DNA of 64,000 nucleotides from a virus. Below are positions 49,401 to 58,973 of the stretch, one piece after another. Under the pieces are notes generated by a model. It saw only the letters and a list, made by a program, of their open reading frames with translations, was not told the DNA's origin and did no database searches. Both the position numbers and the translations under genes were made by a program. Location: positions 1-64,000 of IMG/VR virus record IMGVR_UViG_3300050016_000047; one strand, written 5' to 3'. Each line of letters begins with the position of its first letter. Position 1 is the first letter of the stretch.

Positions 49401-50564
49401 ATGACTGAACAGATACCAGTACCAGTAGACCCTTGGATTGATGATGATTTTGCACCGCTAGACACTCGAAAAGATAAGTCAGACCTTATGCACGCTTTGG
49501 TAGACTTGGCAGACGAAGAACCAGAGTTTGCCCCTACCGCAGAAGAAGTGGTAGCAGCGGATGGTCCGAAGATTGTAGTTCCACCCGCTCCGGAAATTTT
49601 GGTAACCGATAAACCAGAAGTTATTGATTATCCGGATGGTTCCAGAGTTACAATAGAGAAAACGCCAAAAGGTCTTAAAGCTACACTAGACCCCGGCAAC
49701 GGCAAGAGTCTAGAAGTTTTTTACGGCAAGACCGAGAGCGAACTTCTACGCCAGCTTCTTCCGGCTAAGTTAAACGCGACTAAGATTATAAACAAGCAGA
49801 ACAAAGAACTAAAGACTGTCCGTATTGCGGACGAGTCGCGAGCGGTTCCAGCACCGCCGGTTAGTAAAGCTCTTACTGCCGATGAAGTGTTCGAAATTAA
49901 AACACAACTGGCAAGCAACCCCGACTTAGCTATGGAGACTTGGTTCCAAAAGAAAACAGGTCTATCGCTGGCGCAGCTTTCAAGTTTCGTTCAGAACGGC
50001 CAAAACGCCGCGAACAAACTAAATGCTGAAACAGAAGCTAAAGAATTTTTGCTTGATAACCCAACTTATTACAAAACAGACAATAACTTTTATGAGTTGG
50101 TTGGATACATCGCCAGAGTTAAGGGCGATAAAGATGCCAAGGCTTTACTAGTAGATGAAAAGCTAGAAGCTCTTATGGAACATCTTTCCAAGATTGGTGT
50201 ATTCACCAAAGAGAATTTGTCGGAAGCTTTTGATGAATTATCAGAAGCGGGAGAACTAGAAACTGCTCCCAGACGACAACGTAGGGAAGTTCCAGCCCCT
50301 ACAGAAGAAATTGTGGAGCCTCCGGCGATTCCGGCGGCACCCGCAACGGTACAAGAAGTGCCTGCGACAGATGAACGGATTGTTCGAACTGTTCGTAGAT
50401 CGAGAGCGGCTTTTGGACTTCGAGGAACGGATACTACGGTACCCGCAATCGAACCATCCAGCAAAGCGCCCTCAGACGAAGAGCTTGATAGTTTGAGTGA
50501 CGCAGAAATTTCTGATTTGATGAATCAGACTAAACGACTGCGTGCTCAATCCGCTCGGCGCTAG
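49401..50564 (+). CDS. Capsid scaffolding protein (putative)
   Basis: Acidic, Pro-rich and helical; immediately upstream of the capsid gene. Confidence 0.6.
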   Translation: MTEQIPVPVDPWIDDDFAPLDTRKDKSDLMHALVDLADEEPEFAPTAEEVVAADGPKIVVPPAPEILVTDKPEVIDYPDGSRVTIEKTPKGLKATLDPGNGKSLEVFYGKTESELLRQLLPAKLNATKIINKQNKELKTVRIADESRAVPAPPVSKALTADEVFEIKTQLASNPDLAMETWFQKKTGLSLAQLSSFVQNGQNAANKLNAETEAKEFLLDNPTYYKTDNNFYELVGYIARVKGDKDAKALLVDEKLEALMEHLSKIGVFTKENLSEAFDELSEAGELETAPRRQRREVPAPTEEIVEPPAIPAAPATVQEVPATDERIVRTVRRSRAAFGLRGTDTTVPAIEPSSKAPSDEELDSLSDAEISDLMNQTKRLRAQSARR

Positions 50565-50594
50565 ATATAATCTAAACGAACCGAGAATAACCAA

Positions 50595-53163
50595 ATGAGT
50601 TACTCCCCGGCTTCGATTTTGACCTCTGGCTCGCTACCGAACCTAGTTGCTATTCACTATGAACGGTCAAGCATTCCAAACTTGAAAGCTCAAACTCCTT
50701 TCATGTCAATGACGAAGCAAAAACCGTTGCCGCTGCGAAGTGGTAACCAAATCCAGTTTTATACTTATGCTCTCTTGGCTGCTAATACCAACCAAGCCGC
50801 AGAAGGTACCGTAGGAAGTCCTATCTCCGAAAGCACCACAAAAATCGTGGCGACTATCGGTCAGTACGCGGACTTCATCAACTCTTCAGACCTAGCTATG
50901 GACGTAGCGATTGACGATCCGTCGTTGCTCCAGAACCTATCAGACGAGTTGAACTACCGCCTAGCCCTAACACTAAACTCACTAGTACAGCTAACCGCTG
51001 ATAGCGCGACAGGTGTTGACGGCAGCGTAAACATCCAACTAGCAGCGGGTTCATACCTAACTGCAAATAACATCCGTACTGCGGCCCAGCAACTAGCTGG
51101 CGTGAACGCCCGTCCTCTAACTAAGGATGGCTACATGGGCGGAATCATCCATAAAATAGCAGCATAATTAGGGGTGGATGATATAAACGACGACTAATGC
51201 CCTACGTCGTTCACGATAAACTTCAAAATGTCGTGAAACTTAAATTCAGCTATATCGGTGGAACTCTCAACAGAGACAATACCGAGGGAAGATACCATTG
51301 GAACATTCATTAACAGATTTGGCGTATGCAGCAGGAATTATAGACGGTGAAGGTAGTATACTAATACTTCGCGGAGTCGGCTATAATAGAAAAGGCGAAC
51401 CATATAAAAGATACGGTTGCCGAGTATCTGTTAGCATGACAGACAAACTTGTTCCTGAATGGCTTCATAAAAATTTCGGCGGTTCTTTTTATTTTCGCCA
51501 AATGAAAGGTGCTTGGAAAGACCAGCACATTTGGATGATAACGAATAGAAACGTAAGACTGTTCATCGCGGCTATAAAGCCGTTTCTTAAGACTAAATCT
51601 AAACAAGCTGATTTAGTTTTGGAATACCTAGACCATGTTCAAGAAAATAATCCCGAATATCGGGAATTGATGGTAGGTAGAATGAAAGAATTAAATCGAA
51701 AAGGTAAACCCGTAACGACTAATACGCTGAACAATCCGCAAAACGGATTGAAGATAGAGTCTGAACTTTTGGGAGACCAAAAGAGCGACCCGATTGTGAA
51801 ATCGGCGGTAGCAACAGTTTAGCTACAGTGACTTTAAAAAGCACTTCCAAAACACCTTGGTTTTGAATGATACCTCCAGCAACGGACTAAGTGATATTCT
51901 AAAACGTAACGAGAGCACAGTCGGTAAGCTATTTGCTCCTGTTTCCAACGAGGATACCATTGAGTTCGCGGGTGTTCGGTTAACAAAAGCTGCTTAAGCC
52001 GAATTAAAATCTAACTATATCGGTGAAGACCTTGATTATTTGCAAAAAGTGCAATCAACCAAAACAACCAAGTGAAATGGATAAAGGCCGAGAAGGTCGG
52101 CCAAATCTATCTACTTGTGCAAAGTGTCGCTATAAGAAACAAGCGGACTGGAAGAGAAATCATCCCAAAGTTCGTCTTGTTAATTTTGCCAAACACCGCG
52201 CCAAAGAAAAAGGTTTAGATTGTACAATAACCCACAACGATTTTGAAATTCCAGAGTTTTGCCCTGCAACCGGCATTAAGTTGGAAATAGGAGTCGGAAA
52301 ACTACACGATGCTTCTCCAACCCTTGACAGATTTATTCCAGCGTTAGGTTATGTACCGGGAAATGTAGTTGTTATCTCGTACAAAGCCAATCGAATTAAG
52401 AACAACGGAACTGCCAAAGACTTAGAGAATGTAGCAAAGTGGATGAAGCAAGTTCAAGAAAATACCGAGGGAAGACTGTCCGCAAAACGGACGGAACCCG
52501 TAGAGGCTAATACGTTAGACAGTGCCTTTGAAAAAGATGCACTGAAGATAGAGTCCGACCTTACAGGTGACTGTAAGAGAACGTCAGTGGTGACACTGGC
52601 GGCAACGGCACATAGATTAGATGTAGTTAACTACTGGCCGTAATAACAAAGCTGTTAAGCAGACCACAACCGCTCCAACCGCAACCATCTCCAGCCAGAC
52701 ATACTACAATACGTATATCTTCGCTGACGATGCTATTTTCTCCGTGTTCTTGGGTAAGAATCCTGAGACTGGCGAGAAGAACTATAAATTAATGATACAA
52801 GAAGCGCCAATGTCGGGTTCAGTTTCCGACCCAGCAAGGCAGATTGGTGGATGGGTAAGCTATTAATTATAGTAGCTTTGCAGAGTAATCTGCATCGAAC
52901 ACAAGGCTATATCGGTGAAACACTCTTTGAGTCAATACCGAGGGAAGGCCGCGAAAGCGGAACCCGTAGAGACTACACGCCTTGCTCCTTATTTTAAGGA
53001 TGATGATATAGTCCGTTCTGCATGGCGACATGCAGAGAGTAGCAGAAATGACTACTCTCGCTATCAAGCGATAACAATTAAGAATACCCGTTATACGAAC
53101 ACCCTTAGGCCGGGATCAACAATGGTGCTTCGCCGACTGCAATCACAAACTTCCAGTTCCTAA
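50595..53163 (+). CDS. Major capsid protein (N4 gp56-like), spliced: join(50595..51152,51200..51217,51860..51980,52655..52863,53083..53163), 328 aa
   Basis: The exons total 987 nt and join in frame: ...GGIIH|PYVVHD|VLND...AGVR|F|KQTT...GGWVSY|NTRY...SSS*. Capsid motifs AAEG, QYADFINSSD, GVRF and DPARQIG are present. Confidence 0.9.
51153..51199 (+). ncRNA. 47-nt coreless group I-like mini-intron (candidate)
   Basis: The 5' exon ends in U and the element ends in G. Internal GTGGATGAT pairs with exon ATCATCCAT (terminal U.G), and the adjacent TAGGG pairs with next-exon CCCTA. Confidence 0.7.
51218..51859 (+). mobile_element. Group I intron 1 of the capsid gene (encodes a LAGLIDADG ORF)
   Basis: P1 TTCACGAT/GTCGTGAA, P10 CAAAAT/GTTTTG, P3 TTCAGC/GCTGAA, P4 TCGGT/ACCGA, P7 GACT/AGTC, terminal G. 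Confidence 0.9.
51298..51822 (+). CDS. LAGLIDADG homing endonuclease (intron-encoded)
   Basis: LAYAAGIIDGEGSI, FGG, IKPFLKTKSKQA. Confidence 0.92.
   Translation: MEHSLTDLAYAAGIIDGEGSILILRGVGYNRKGEPYKRYGCRVSVSMTDKLVPEWLHKNFGGSFYFRQMKGAWKDQHIWMITNRNVRLFIAAIKPFLKTKSKQADLVLEYLDHVQENNPEYRELMVGRMKELNRKGKPVTTNTLNNPQNGLKIESELLGDQKSDPIVKSAVATV
51981..52654 (+). mobile_element. Group I intron 2 of the capsid gene (encodes an HNH-like ORF)
   Basis: P1 TTCGGT/GCCGAA, P10 CTGCTTAA/TTAAGCAG, P3 TCTAAC/GTTAGA, core AATACCGAGGGAAG...AAGATAGAGTCCGA, terminal G. Confidence 0.9.
52023..52643 (+). CDS. HNH-like homing endonuclease (intron-encoded)
   Basis: AKHRAKEKGL...CPATG...SPTLDRFIPALGYVPGNVVVISYKANRIK. 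Confidence 0.85.
   Translation: MKTLIICKKCNQPKQPSEMDKGREGRPNLSTCAKCRYKKQADWKRNHPKVRLVNFAKHRAKEKGLDCTITHNDFEIPEFCPATGIKLEIGVGKLHDASPTLDRFIPALGYVPGNVVVISYKANRIKNNGTAKDLENVAKWMKQVQENTEGRLSAKRTEPVEANTLDSAFEKDALKIESDLTGDCKRTSVVTLAATAHRLDVVNYWP
52864..53082 (+). mobile_element. Group I intron 3 of the capsid gene (219 nt, no internal endonuclease)
   Basis: P1 AAGCTAT/GTAGCTT, P2 GCAGA-GTAA-TCTGC, P3 CAAGGC/GCCTTG, P7 GAGACT/ATAGTCC, P9 TGCATG-GCGA-CATGCA, terminal G. Confidence 0.92.
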
Positions 53164-53268
53164 AGAATTGGAATACAAAGGAAAAGGGAGTGGCCCGAAT
53201 CCACTCCCGATTCCAACTCGTTCCATTAATGAAAATGATGGGAGTTGGAGTATAAAAAGGAGTATAAA

Positions 53269-55443
53269 ATGGATTATTATGTTGCACCGAATGGAGTAGC
53301 AATAGGCTCTGGAGCAATAGACAGCCCTTGGGATATCACAACCGCGTTCAATAGTAAAGGTCATGTTATCCAGCCCGGTGATACGCTATATATTCGCGGC
53401 GGAGTTTATCTAAGTCCCGGTAATTATACGTGGTGGCCTGTATTGATAGGCGTGCCCGGCAATCCTATCTACGTCCGATCTTACCCCGGCGAACGGGCTT
53501 CGCTCGATATGCAAAATGGCGGCGATATTTTAATCTTCGATGACGTTAATAGAGTAGGAAACAATCGCGGTAACGTTCAGTATGTGGAGTTTTGGGACCT
53601 TGAGATATTCTCCTCCAACGGTAACCGCTCCGGTGGCATTCCAGAACTACAAGTCGGTGGTCCAGGCGTTGTTTTCATCCATTGTTACGTTCATGACTTA
53701 GCGAATTGGATTTTCCAACAAGGTGCTAAGGACTCTGGAGCGTACGGAAATATTATTCTCGACTTCGGCTGGCTTGAGCCGGATCGTGGTCATGGTCATA
53801 ACCTATACATTGAGAACGATGGTTCAAATGGTTCAACAAAAACATTTGAGAACAATATCATCGGTGTATCCTACGACATTACCGTACAGGAGTTTGGTAC
53901 GGCAGCGTTGACAGAAAACATCAACTTCTTCAAGAACACCGTGTTCGATGGTGGAGCCAAGGTCGGTGGGGCCAGCATTCAGTTTATGATTGGTCAGAAC
54001 CGGCCAAAGGGTATTCGCGTCAATGAAAATACCTTCTTCGTATCAGATATATATGGTTCCGGCGCGGTAGATTTTGGCTGGCCGTGGGATGTTGAGAACC
54101 ACGATGTTGAAGTTCTGGACAACTACATCGTTGGCCCTTCGGTTGATCTGCGTAACTGGGACTATGCCAACTTCCAGCGCAACCACATCTTCTCACGCAA
54201 TACCGACAGCCAGTTGAACGTCTGGACTTACACTCCATCGAATCCTCCACAGAGCACAAAGAACTGGCTTATGGACAACAACGAGTACGGTGCTGGAACA
54301 CTTCGCCTCGCCAGTGGCCATATAGACAACAACGGGGCACCAGCCACCGATACCAATCAGGGATATACCGACATAGTTCCTTGGCGTGCAGCAACCGGAG
54401 TAGATGCGAACTCCACATTCAATGCCAAGCCACAACTAGTTGTCAGGATAAATCCAAGTACAAGAATGCTAGGGCGTATTCACATTACAATATTAAACCC
54501 AGACTCCTTACCAACGGTTCCAGTGGACTTTAGCGGAATTACCGATCTACATGATGGTGACAAGTACGAACTTAGAGATGCTCAGAACTTCTATGGACCG
54601 GCAATACAAACTGGTGTATGGAGCTCTGCTGCTGCTACTCTTATCGTACCTGCTACTGGACTTGTACGCAAGGCTTTCACCGGAGCAGCTAACGTTCCGC
54701 ATACCGCTCCAAAACTTCTCACGTTTGTGTTGCTAGCAGGAACCGCTCTAAGTGGTGGTTGGGCTCCAATACCTGGACAGCCTGTACCAACGCCAAGTCC
54801 GATTCCGATTCCAGTACCTATTCCACCAAAACCAGTAGGAGGACCAATGGTCGTAAACTTATTTACCGCAAATCCAATATCCCTTCCAGCAGGCGGAGGA
54901 ACCGTTGCGCTGTCATGGGATGTCTCAGGTGTTGTTAGTTTAAGTCTGACCAGCGACCAAGGCTTGCAAGGAGGCTTGGAGCCGCTCGTAAAGACTACCG
55001 GACAACTTTCCGTTAAACAAACGACAGTTTTCACCTTGACCGGATCAGATAACACTACAGCTACGCTGACCGTCACGGTTGCCGGTGTTCCCGCTCCTAC
55101 GCCGACACCCACTCCAACTCCTACTCCTACGCCAACTCCGACGCATAGCGCCACGTTAAATTGGTCAGTAAGTCCAGATGCTGATGCTGGCTACAACATC
55201 TATCGTAACGGCGTAAAGATTGCCACTGTTGCTACACCCTCATACATTGATCATGCTGTTGTTGCTGGAACAACATATATTTACGCTGTTAGTACCGCAG
55301 CCAGTGCAACAGGGAGCGAAAGTAACATGTCAACTAATGTGTCCGCTGCAATTCCATCAGATCCGACACCAGATCCCCCGACGCCACCTGCACCGTTGCC
55401 ACAACACACGGCACCGACAAACTTAACCGTCACCGTACAGTAG
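53269..55443 (+). CDS. Beta-helix (pectate-lyase-like) protein with a PT linker and FN3-like domain; putative depolymerase or capsid appendage
   Basis: YYVAPNG...GAIDSPW, QPGDTLYIRGGVY, YPGERA, DRGHGHNLY, (PT)n, GYNIYRNG. Confidence 0.7.
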   Translation: MDYYVAPNGVAIGSGAIDSPWDITTAFNSKGHVIQPGDTLYIRGGVYLSPGNYTWWPVLIGVPGNPIYVRSYPGERASLDMQNGGDILIFDDVNRVGNNRGNVQYVEFWDLEIFSSNGNRSGGIPELQVGGPGVVFIHCYVHDLANWIFQQGAKDSGAYGNIILDFGWLEPDRGHGHNLYIENDGSNGSTKTFENNIIGVSYDITVQEFGTAALTENINFFKNTVFDGGAKVGGASIQFMIGQNRPKGIRVNENTFFVSDIYGSGAVDFGWPWDVENHDVEVLDNYIVGPSVDLRNWDYANFQRNHIFSRNTDSQLNVWTYTPSNPPQSTKNWLMDNNEYGAGTLRLASGHIDNNGAPATDTNQGYTDIVPWRAATGVDANSTFNAKPQLVVRINPSTRMLGRIHITILNPDSLPTVPVDFSGITDLHDGDKYELRDAQNFYGPAIQTGVWSSAAATLIVPATGLVRKAFTGAANVPHTAPKLLTFVLLAGTALSGGWAPIPGQPVPTPSPIPIPVPIPPKPVGGPMVVNLFTANPISLPAGGGTVALSWDVSGVVSLSLTSDQGLQGGLEPLVKTTGQLSVKQTTVFTLTGSDNTTATLTVTVAGVPAPTPTPTPTPTPTPTPTHSATLNWSVSPDADAGYNIYRNGVKIATVATPSYIDHAVVAGTTYIYAVSTAASATGSESNMSTNVSAAIPSDPTPDPPTPPAPLPQHTAPTNLTVTVQ

Positions 55444-55455
55444 TTCACACAACAG

Positions 55456-55477
55456 GGGGAATCGAAAGATTCCCCCT
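55456..55477 (+). terminator. Stable hairpin, probable terminator
   Basis: GGGGGAATC-GAAA-GATTCCCCC after the stop at 55443; the U-tract is weak. Confidence 0.55.
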
Positions 55478-55510
55478 AGTAATACAATTAAAGCTGGAGA
55501 GAGAGAGAAA

Positions 55511-55792
55511 ATGCTACCACACTTTGACGGTACTGTTACTCTTGGTAATCTTCTTGAGCTTATAGGACTTTTGGTATTTGGATTACTTGCTTGGAGAGAT
55601 ATGAATTGGCGAATGAAAATTCAAGAAGAATTTAAAGCAGCGCAACTTGTAATTAATTTAAAGCGTGATGATCAATTAGTTCAACAGGAAAAAGATCTTA
55701 GCCTTGTTCGTGAAGCAATTGTTCAACTTACTGCCATGAATCAAGGACAAGATCGAAGACTTATACTACTTGAAAATCGCCAATATAGATAG
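55511..55792 (+). CDS. Single-TM coiled-coil membrane protein
   Basis: FDGTVTLGNLL, a transmembrane helix and a coiled coil. Confidence 0.5.
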   Translation: MLPHFDGTVTLGNLLELIGLLVFGLLAWRDMNWRMKIQEEFKAAQLVINLKRDDQLVQQEKDLSLVREAIVQLTAMNQGQDRRLILLENRQYR

Positions 55793-55958
55793 AATTCTAC
55801 CAGAACTGGGATACGTAAAAGGCAACGTGGCTGTTATGTCGTTTAGAGCAAACTCTCTAAAACGAGACGGATATTTAAAAGAATTTAAGTTATTAGTAAG
55901 TTGGTTGGAAGAACAAGAACTTCGCAGGATTGGCTCAGCGGCGACGGCAGCAGTTTAG
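55770..55958 (+). pseudogene. C-terminal remnant of an HNH-like endonuclease
   Basis: IDRILPELGYVKGNVAVMSFRANSLK matches the intron 2 ORF motif; the N-terminal half is missing. Confidence 0.75.
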
Positions 55959-56165
55959 TCCGCAAAACGGACAGAGAATAAAAATGTCTGACGAAATGTA
56001 CGCCTTGGTAGGCACTGAAACAAAAGAAATTATCGTGGACAAGATTCCGTGCGGAAGAAGCATAACAACAGTTTATAGAGATTCTGCGGGCGACGTAGTT
56101 CGCCGCGACGTGAATATAGAAGTAGACGAAGGTATTATCATGGGTATCAAGGACGGTAAACTTTA

Positions 56166-56888
56166 ATGAGTATCACTCAAGCCATTGCGAATTCTTTTAA
56201 AACACAACTACTAACCGCGTCTCACAACTTTTCTGTGTTGACCGGAACCAACACAGTCTCGTCCGTAGCTGCGGCATCCGGTACGTTGGGTCCAGGTGGC
56301 ACCGCTACTACTGTGTACACTGGAACCATGACAAACGCCGCGACTAACGGATATGTCGGCATGACTATTACGTTTACTGGATTCGCCACGGCAGCAAACA
56401 ACGGAACGTTTCTTTGTGTCGCATCCACCAGTACCACGCTTACTGTGACGAACCCTAACGGAGCTAACTCCGGTGCCATGGGTACTATATACGCCACGCA
56501 AGATGTGTTTGCGATAGCTATGTATACGTCTTCGGCGACTCTTTCAAAATCTACTACAGCGTATACGTCTTCTAACGAAGTCGGTTCGTCCGGCACATAC
56601 GTTACCGGCGGAATCGGACCACAAGGCAACCTTGTCGGAAACGCGATGGCGCTGGTAAGTACCACACCAGTGCTATCCACTGACACGGCGTGTTGCTTAT
56701 TCGCTACTATCGCTTGGACTTCAGCTACTATCACCGCTCGCGGAGCACTTATTTATAATGCTTCCCTTGGCGGACAACCAGCGGTTGTAGTCCTTGACTT
56801 CGGCGCTGATAAAACCTCTACCGCTGGAACGTTTACAATTACCTTTCCGGCGCAAACGGCAAGCAACGCGATTATACAATTAGCATAA
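56166..56888 (+). CDS. Putative virion structural protein
   Basis: MSITQAIANSFK...SATITARGALIYN...VLDFGADKTSTAGTFTITFP, a recurrent phage structural-type sequence. Confidence 0.6.
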   Translation: MSITQAIANSFKTQLLTASHNFSVLTGTNTVSSVAAASGTLGPGGTATTVYTGTMTNAATNGYVGMTITFTGFATAANNGTFLCVASTSTTLTVTNPNGANSGAMGTIYATQDVFAIAMYTSSATLSKSTTAYTSSNEVGSSGTYVTGGIGPQGNLVGNAMALVSTTPVLSTDTACCLFATIAWTSATITARGALIYNASLGGQPAVVVLDFGADKTSTAGTFTITFPAQTASNAIIQLA

Positions 56889-56897
56889 AGGTTTAGA

Positions 56898-58973
56898 GTG
56901 GCCTACGCTTACTCGCAAAAAATAACCATAGACCACACCAAGGTCCCGAACACCGACCAAACGAATTACCCGCTGACATTCTACGGGACTTACGCGGCGT
57001 TAGCTACTGTTGCGAATGGCGGTAACGTTGTCAATACCGCCACAGTTAATGGTCTGGTTGTTCCTACAGATTTAATCTTTACATCTGATTCTGCTTTAAC
57101 AACCATACTTAGTTACGAAGTTGCATTCTATGATGCAACGACGGGTAAAATTGAAGCCCACATACTTATAGCAACTCTGTCTCACACGGCAGACACGTTA
57201 ATTTATTTGGGTGCCGGAAATGCGGCAGTTACCACATTCCAAGGCGGTTCGGTCGGCTCGGCTTGGAACAGCGGTTTTAAGTTCGTTGCCCATCTTTCTG
57301 ATGGAACAACACTGTCTGGTAAGGATTCGACTAGTAACGCAAACAACCTTTCAGGACAGGACGGATCACCGTCCGCTGTCGCCGGAAAACTTGACGGTGG
57401 CATGGCGACCAGCAGCAGCGATTTGCGAGCACCTGACGCAGCATCTCTCCAACCAACGAATATTACGGTTGAGCTGTGGGTAAACAGTTCCTCTCCCGGT
57501 TCTTACATTTTAAGCAAGTTGTATGCCGTCGGTGGTATCGCCAGCTATGCGATGTACACTAGTTTCTCTTCCACTTCCATATATTTCTACGTATCGGATG
57601 GAAGTTCTCTAACGAAATCTCCTAACGGGGGAAACGTCTGGGATGGGAACTGGCACTACGTCGTAGGAACGTGGGACGGTACAACAGCAACTATTTATGC
57701 GGATGCAACTTCGGGCGGCGGCACAGCCGGGGCCAGAACAGCAGCATACACTGCCTCAAACCTTTATCTCGGTTCTTTTGACGGCACGTCTTCCAGCCTT
57801 TATTACAACGGCAGCATGGATGAAGTGCGAATTTCAAACGTCGTCCGTTCCGCCGACTGGATTACTACCACATACAACAACCAGTCCAGTCCATCCACGT
57901 TTTATACACTTAGTTCCAATGGCGGAACTAATATAACCGTTTCTGTAACGGGTTCTAGTATGACTGGTTCTATTGGCACTGTTACTGAAACCGGAACTGC
58001 AAACGTATCTCCTTCTGGAAGCAGCCTTACTTTTTCAATCGGTACACCAACAAAAACTGGAACGGCGAACGTAACGTCAAGCGGTAACAGCCTTACCTTT
58101 TCAATCGGCACTACTACAAATACCGGAACAGCTAATGTAACTCCAATTGGCAACAGTCTTACTTTTTCCATAGGCACTCCTACTAAAACAGGAACCGCGA
58201 ATGTTTCACCAACTGGAAGTGTTATAACAGGTTCGGTTGGAACCACTACTGAAACAGGTTCGGCGAATGTATCTCCTTCCGGCTCCGCGTTAACGCTTTC
58301 TGTTGGAAACGTTACAGCTTCCAGTAATGTAAGCATATCAGTAAGCGGAAACAGCGTTACCGCAAGCATTGGAACACTGTCTATAACCGGAAACTCCTCA
58401 GTGAGTCCTTCCGGTGTAGTGATAACTAGTTCTGCCGGAACTGTAGTTGTTTCTGGTAATGCAACCGCAGTTTTAAGTGGAAACCTAATTACAGGTGCTA
58501 TAGGAACTGTTACTATTACAGGTAGCGCCACTATATCTGTAAACGGGAACGTTATAACTTGTTCTGCCGGAACCGTAACTGTAAGCACTGGCGGAAATAT
58601 AACCGTTAATGTTACCGGAAGTTCTATGTCTTTTAGCATAGGAACGCCGTCTATCTCCGGTTCAGCGAACGTGAGTACTACTGGTAGTTCTCTTGCGTTG
58701 CAGGCCGGAAACATAACCATATCCGGCAATGCAAATGTGTCCGTAAGCGGAAACCTATTAACTTCCGCATCCGGAACAGTGTTAATCGTCGGGAATGCAA
58801 ACGTATCCGTAAACGGAAACTTAATCACTTCTGGTGTTCATAGCGTATCCATAGGTGGTAACGCGATAGTACTTACCACTGGAAACGTTATCACGGCTGC
58901 TGTTGGAAATGTCAACATCATAGTACCCGGAACTCTAGTATACATAATTCGCGTAATTAATAAAAGTAACTAA
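56898..58973 (+). CDS. DUF2341-like plus LamG (concanavalin-like) domain protein with C-terminal 22-aa repeats
   Basis: ITIDHTKV, ITVELWVN, DGNWHYVVGTWDG, GSMDEVRISNVVRSADWI; repeats such as VSPSGSSLTFSIGTPTKTGTAN. Confidence 0.8.
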   Translation: MAYAYSQKITIDHTKVPNTDQTNYPLTFYGTYAALATVANGGNVVNTATVNGLVVPTDLIFTSDSALTTILSYEVAFYDATTGKIEAHILIATLSHTADTLIYLGAGNAAVTTFQGGSVGSAWNSGFKFVAHLSDGTTLSGKDSTSNANNLSGQDGSPSAVAGKLDGGMATSSSDLRAPDAASLQPTNITVELWVNSSSPGSYILSKLYAVGGIASYAMYTSFSSTSIYFYVSDGSSLTKSPNGGNVWDGNWHYVVGTWDGTTATIYADATSGGGTAGARTAAYTASNLYLGSFDGTSSSLYYNGSMDEVRISNVVRSADWITTTYNNQSSPSTFYTLSSNGGTNITVSVTGSSMTGSIGTVTETGTANVSPSGSSLTFSIGTPTKTGTANVTSSGNSLTFSIGTTTNTGTANVTPIGNSLTFSIGTPTKTGTANVSPTGSVITGSVGTTTETGSANVSPSGSALTLSVGNVTASSNVSISVSGNSVTASIGTLSITGNSSVSPSGVVITSSAGTVVVSGNATAVLSGNLITGAIGTVTITGSATISVNGNVITCSAGTVTVSTGGNITVNVTGSSMSFSIGTPSISGSANVSTTGSSLALQAGNITISGNANVSVSGNLLTSASGTVLIVGNANVSVNGNLITSGVHSVSIGGNAIVLTTGNVITAAVGNVNIIVPGTLVYIIRVINKSN

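Noticed and set aside
51150-51202. T4 gene 60-style ribosomal bypass of the 47-nt gap
   Set aside because: There is no matching take-off and landing codon (CAT versus ATG before CCC) and the stop is not adjacent to the take-off site. The P1, P10 and terminal G signals fit splicing better, although bypass is not formally excluded.
52915-53163. 82-aa ORF as an independent gene
   Set aside because: Its first part is intron 3 core sequence and its last 26 codons are the final capsid exon.
57902-58828. Long antisense ORFs opposite repeat-rich structural genes (also 54591..55154 and 40300..40788)
   Set aside because: Shadow frames caused by Thr/Gly/Ser/Val codon bias on the coding strand.
53245-58973. 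Diversity-generating retroelement acting on the adhesin genes
   Set aside because: No reverse transcriptase and no adenine-specific template/variable repeat pair were seen; the repeats are ordinary protein repeats.
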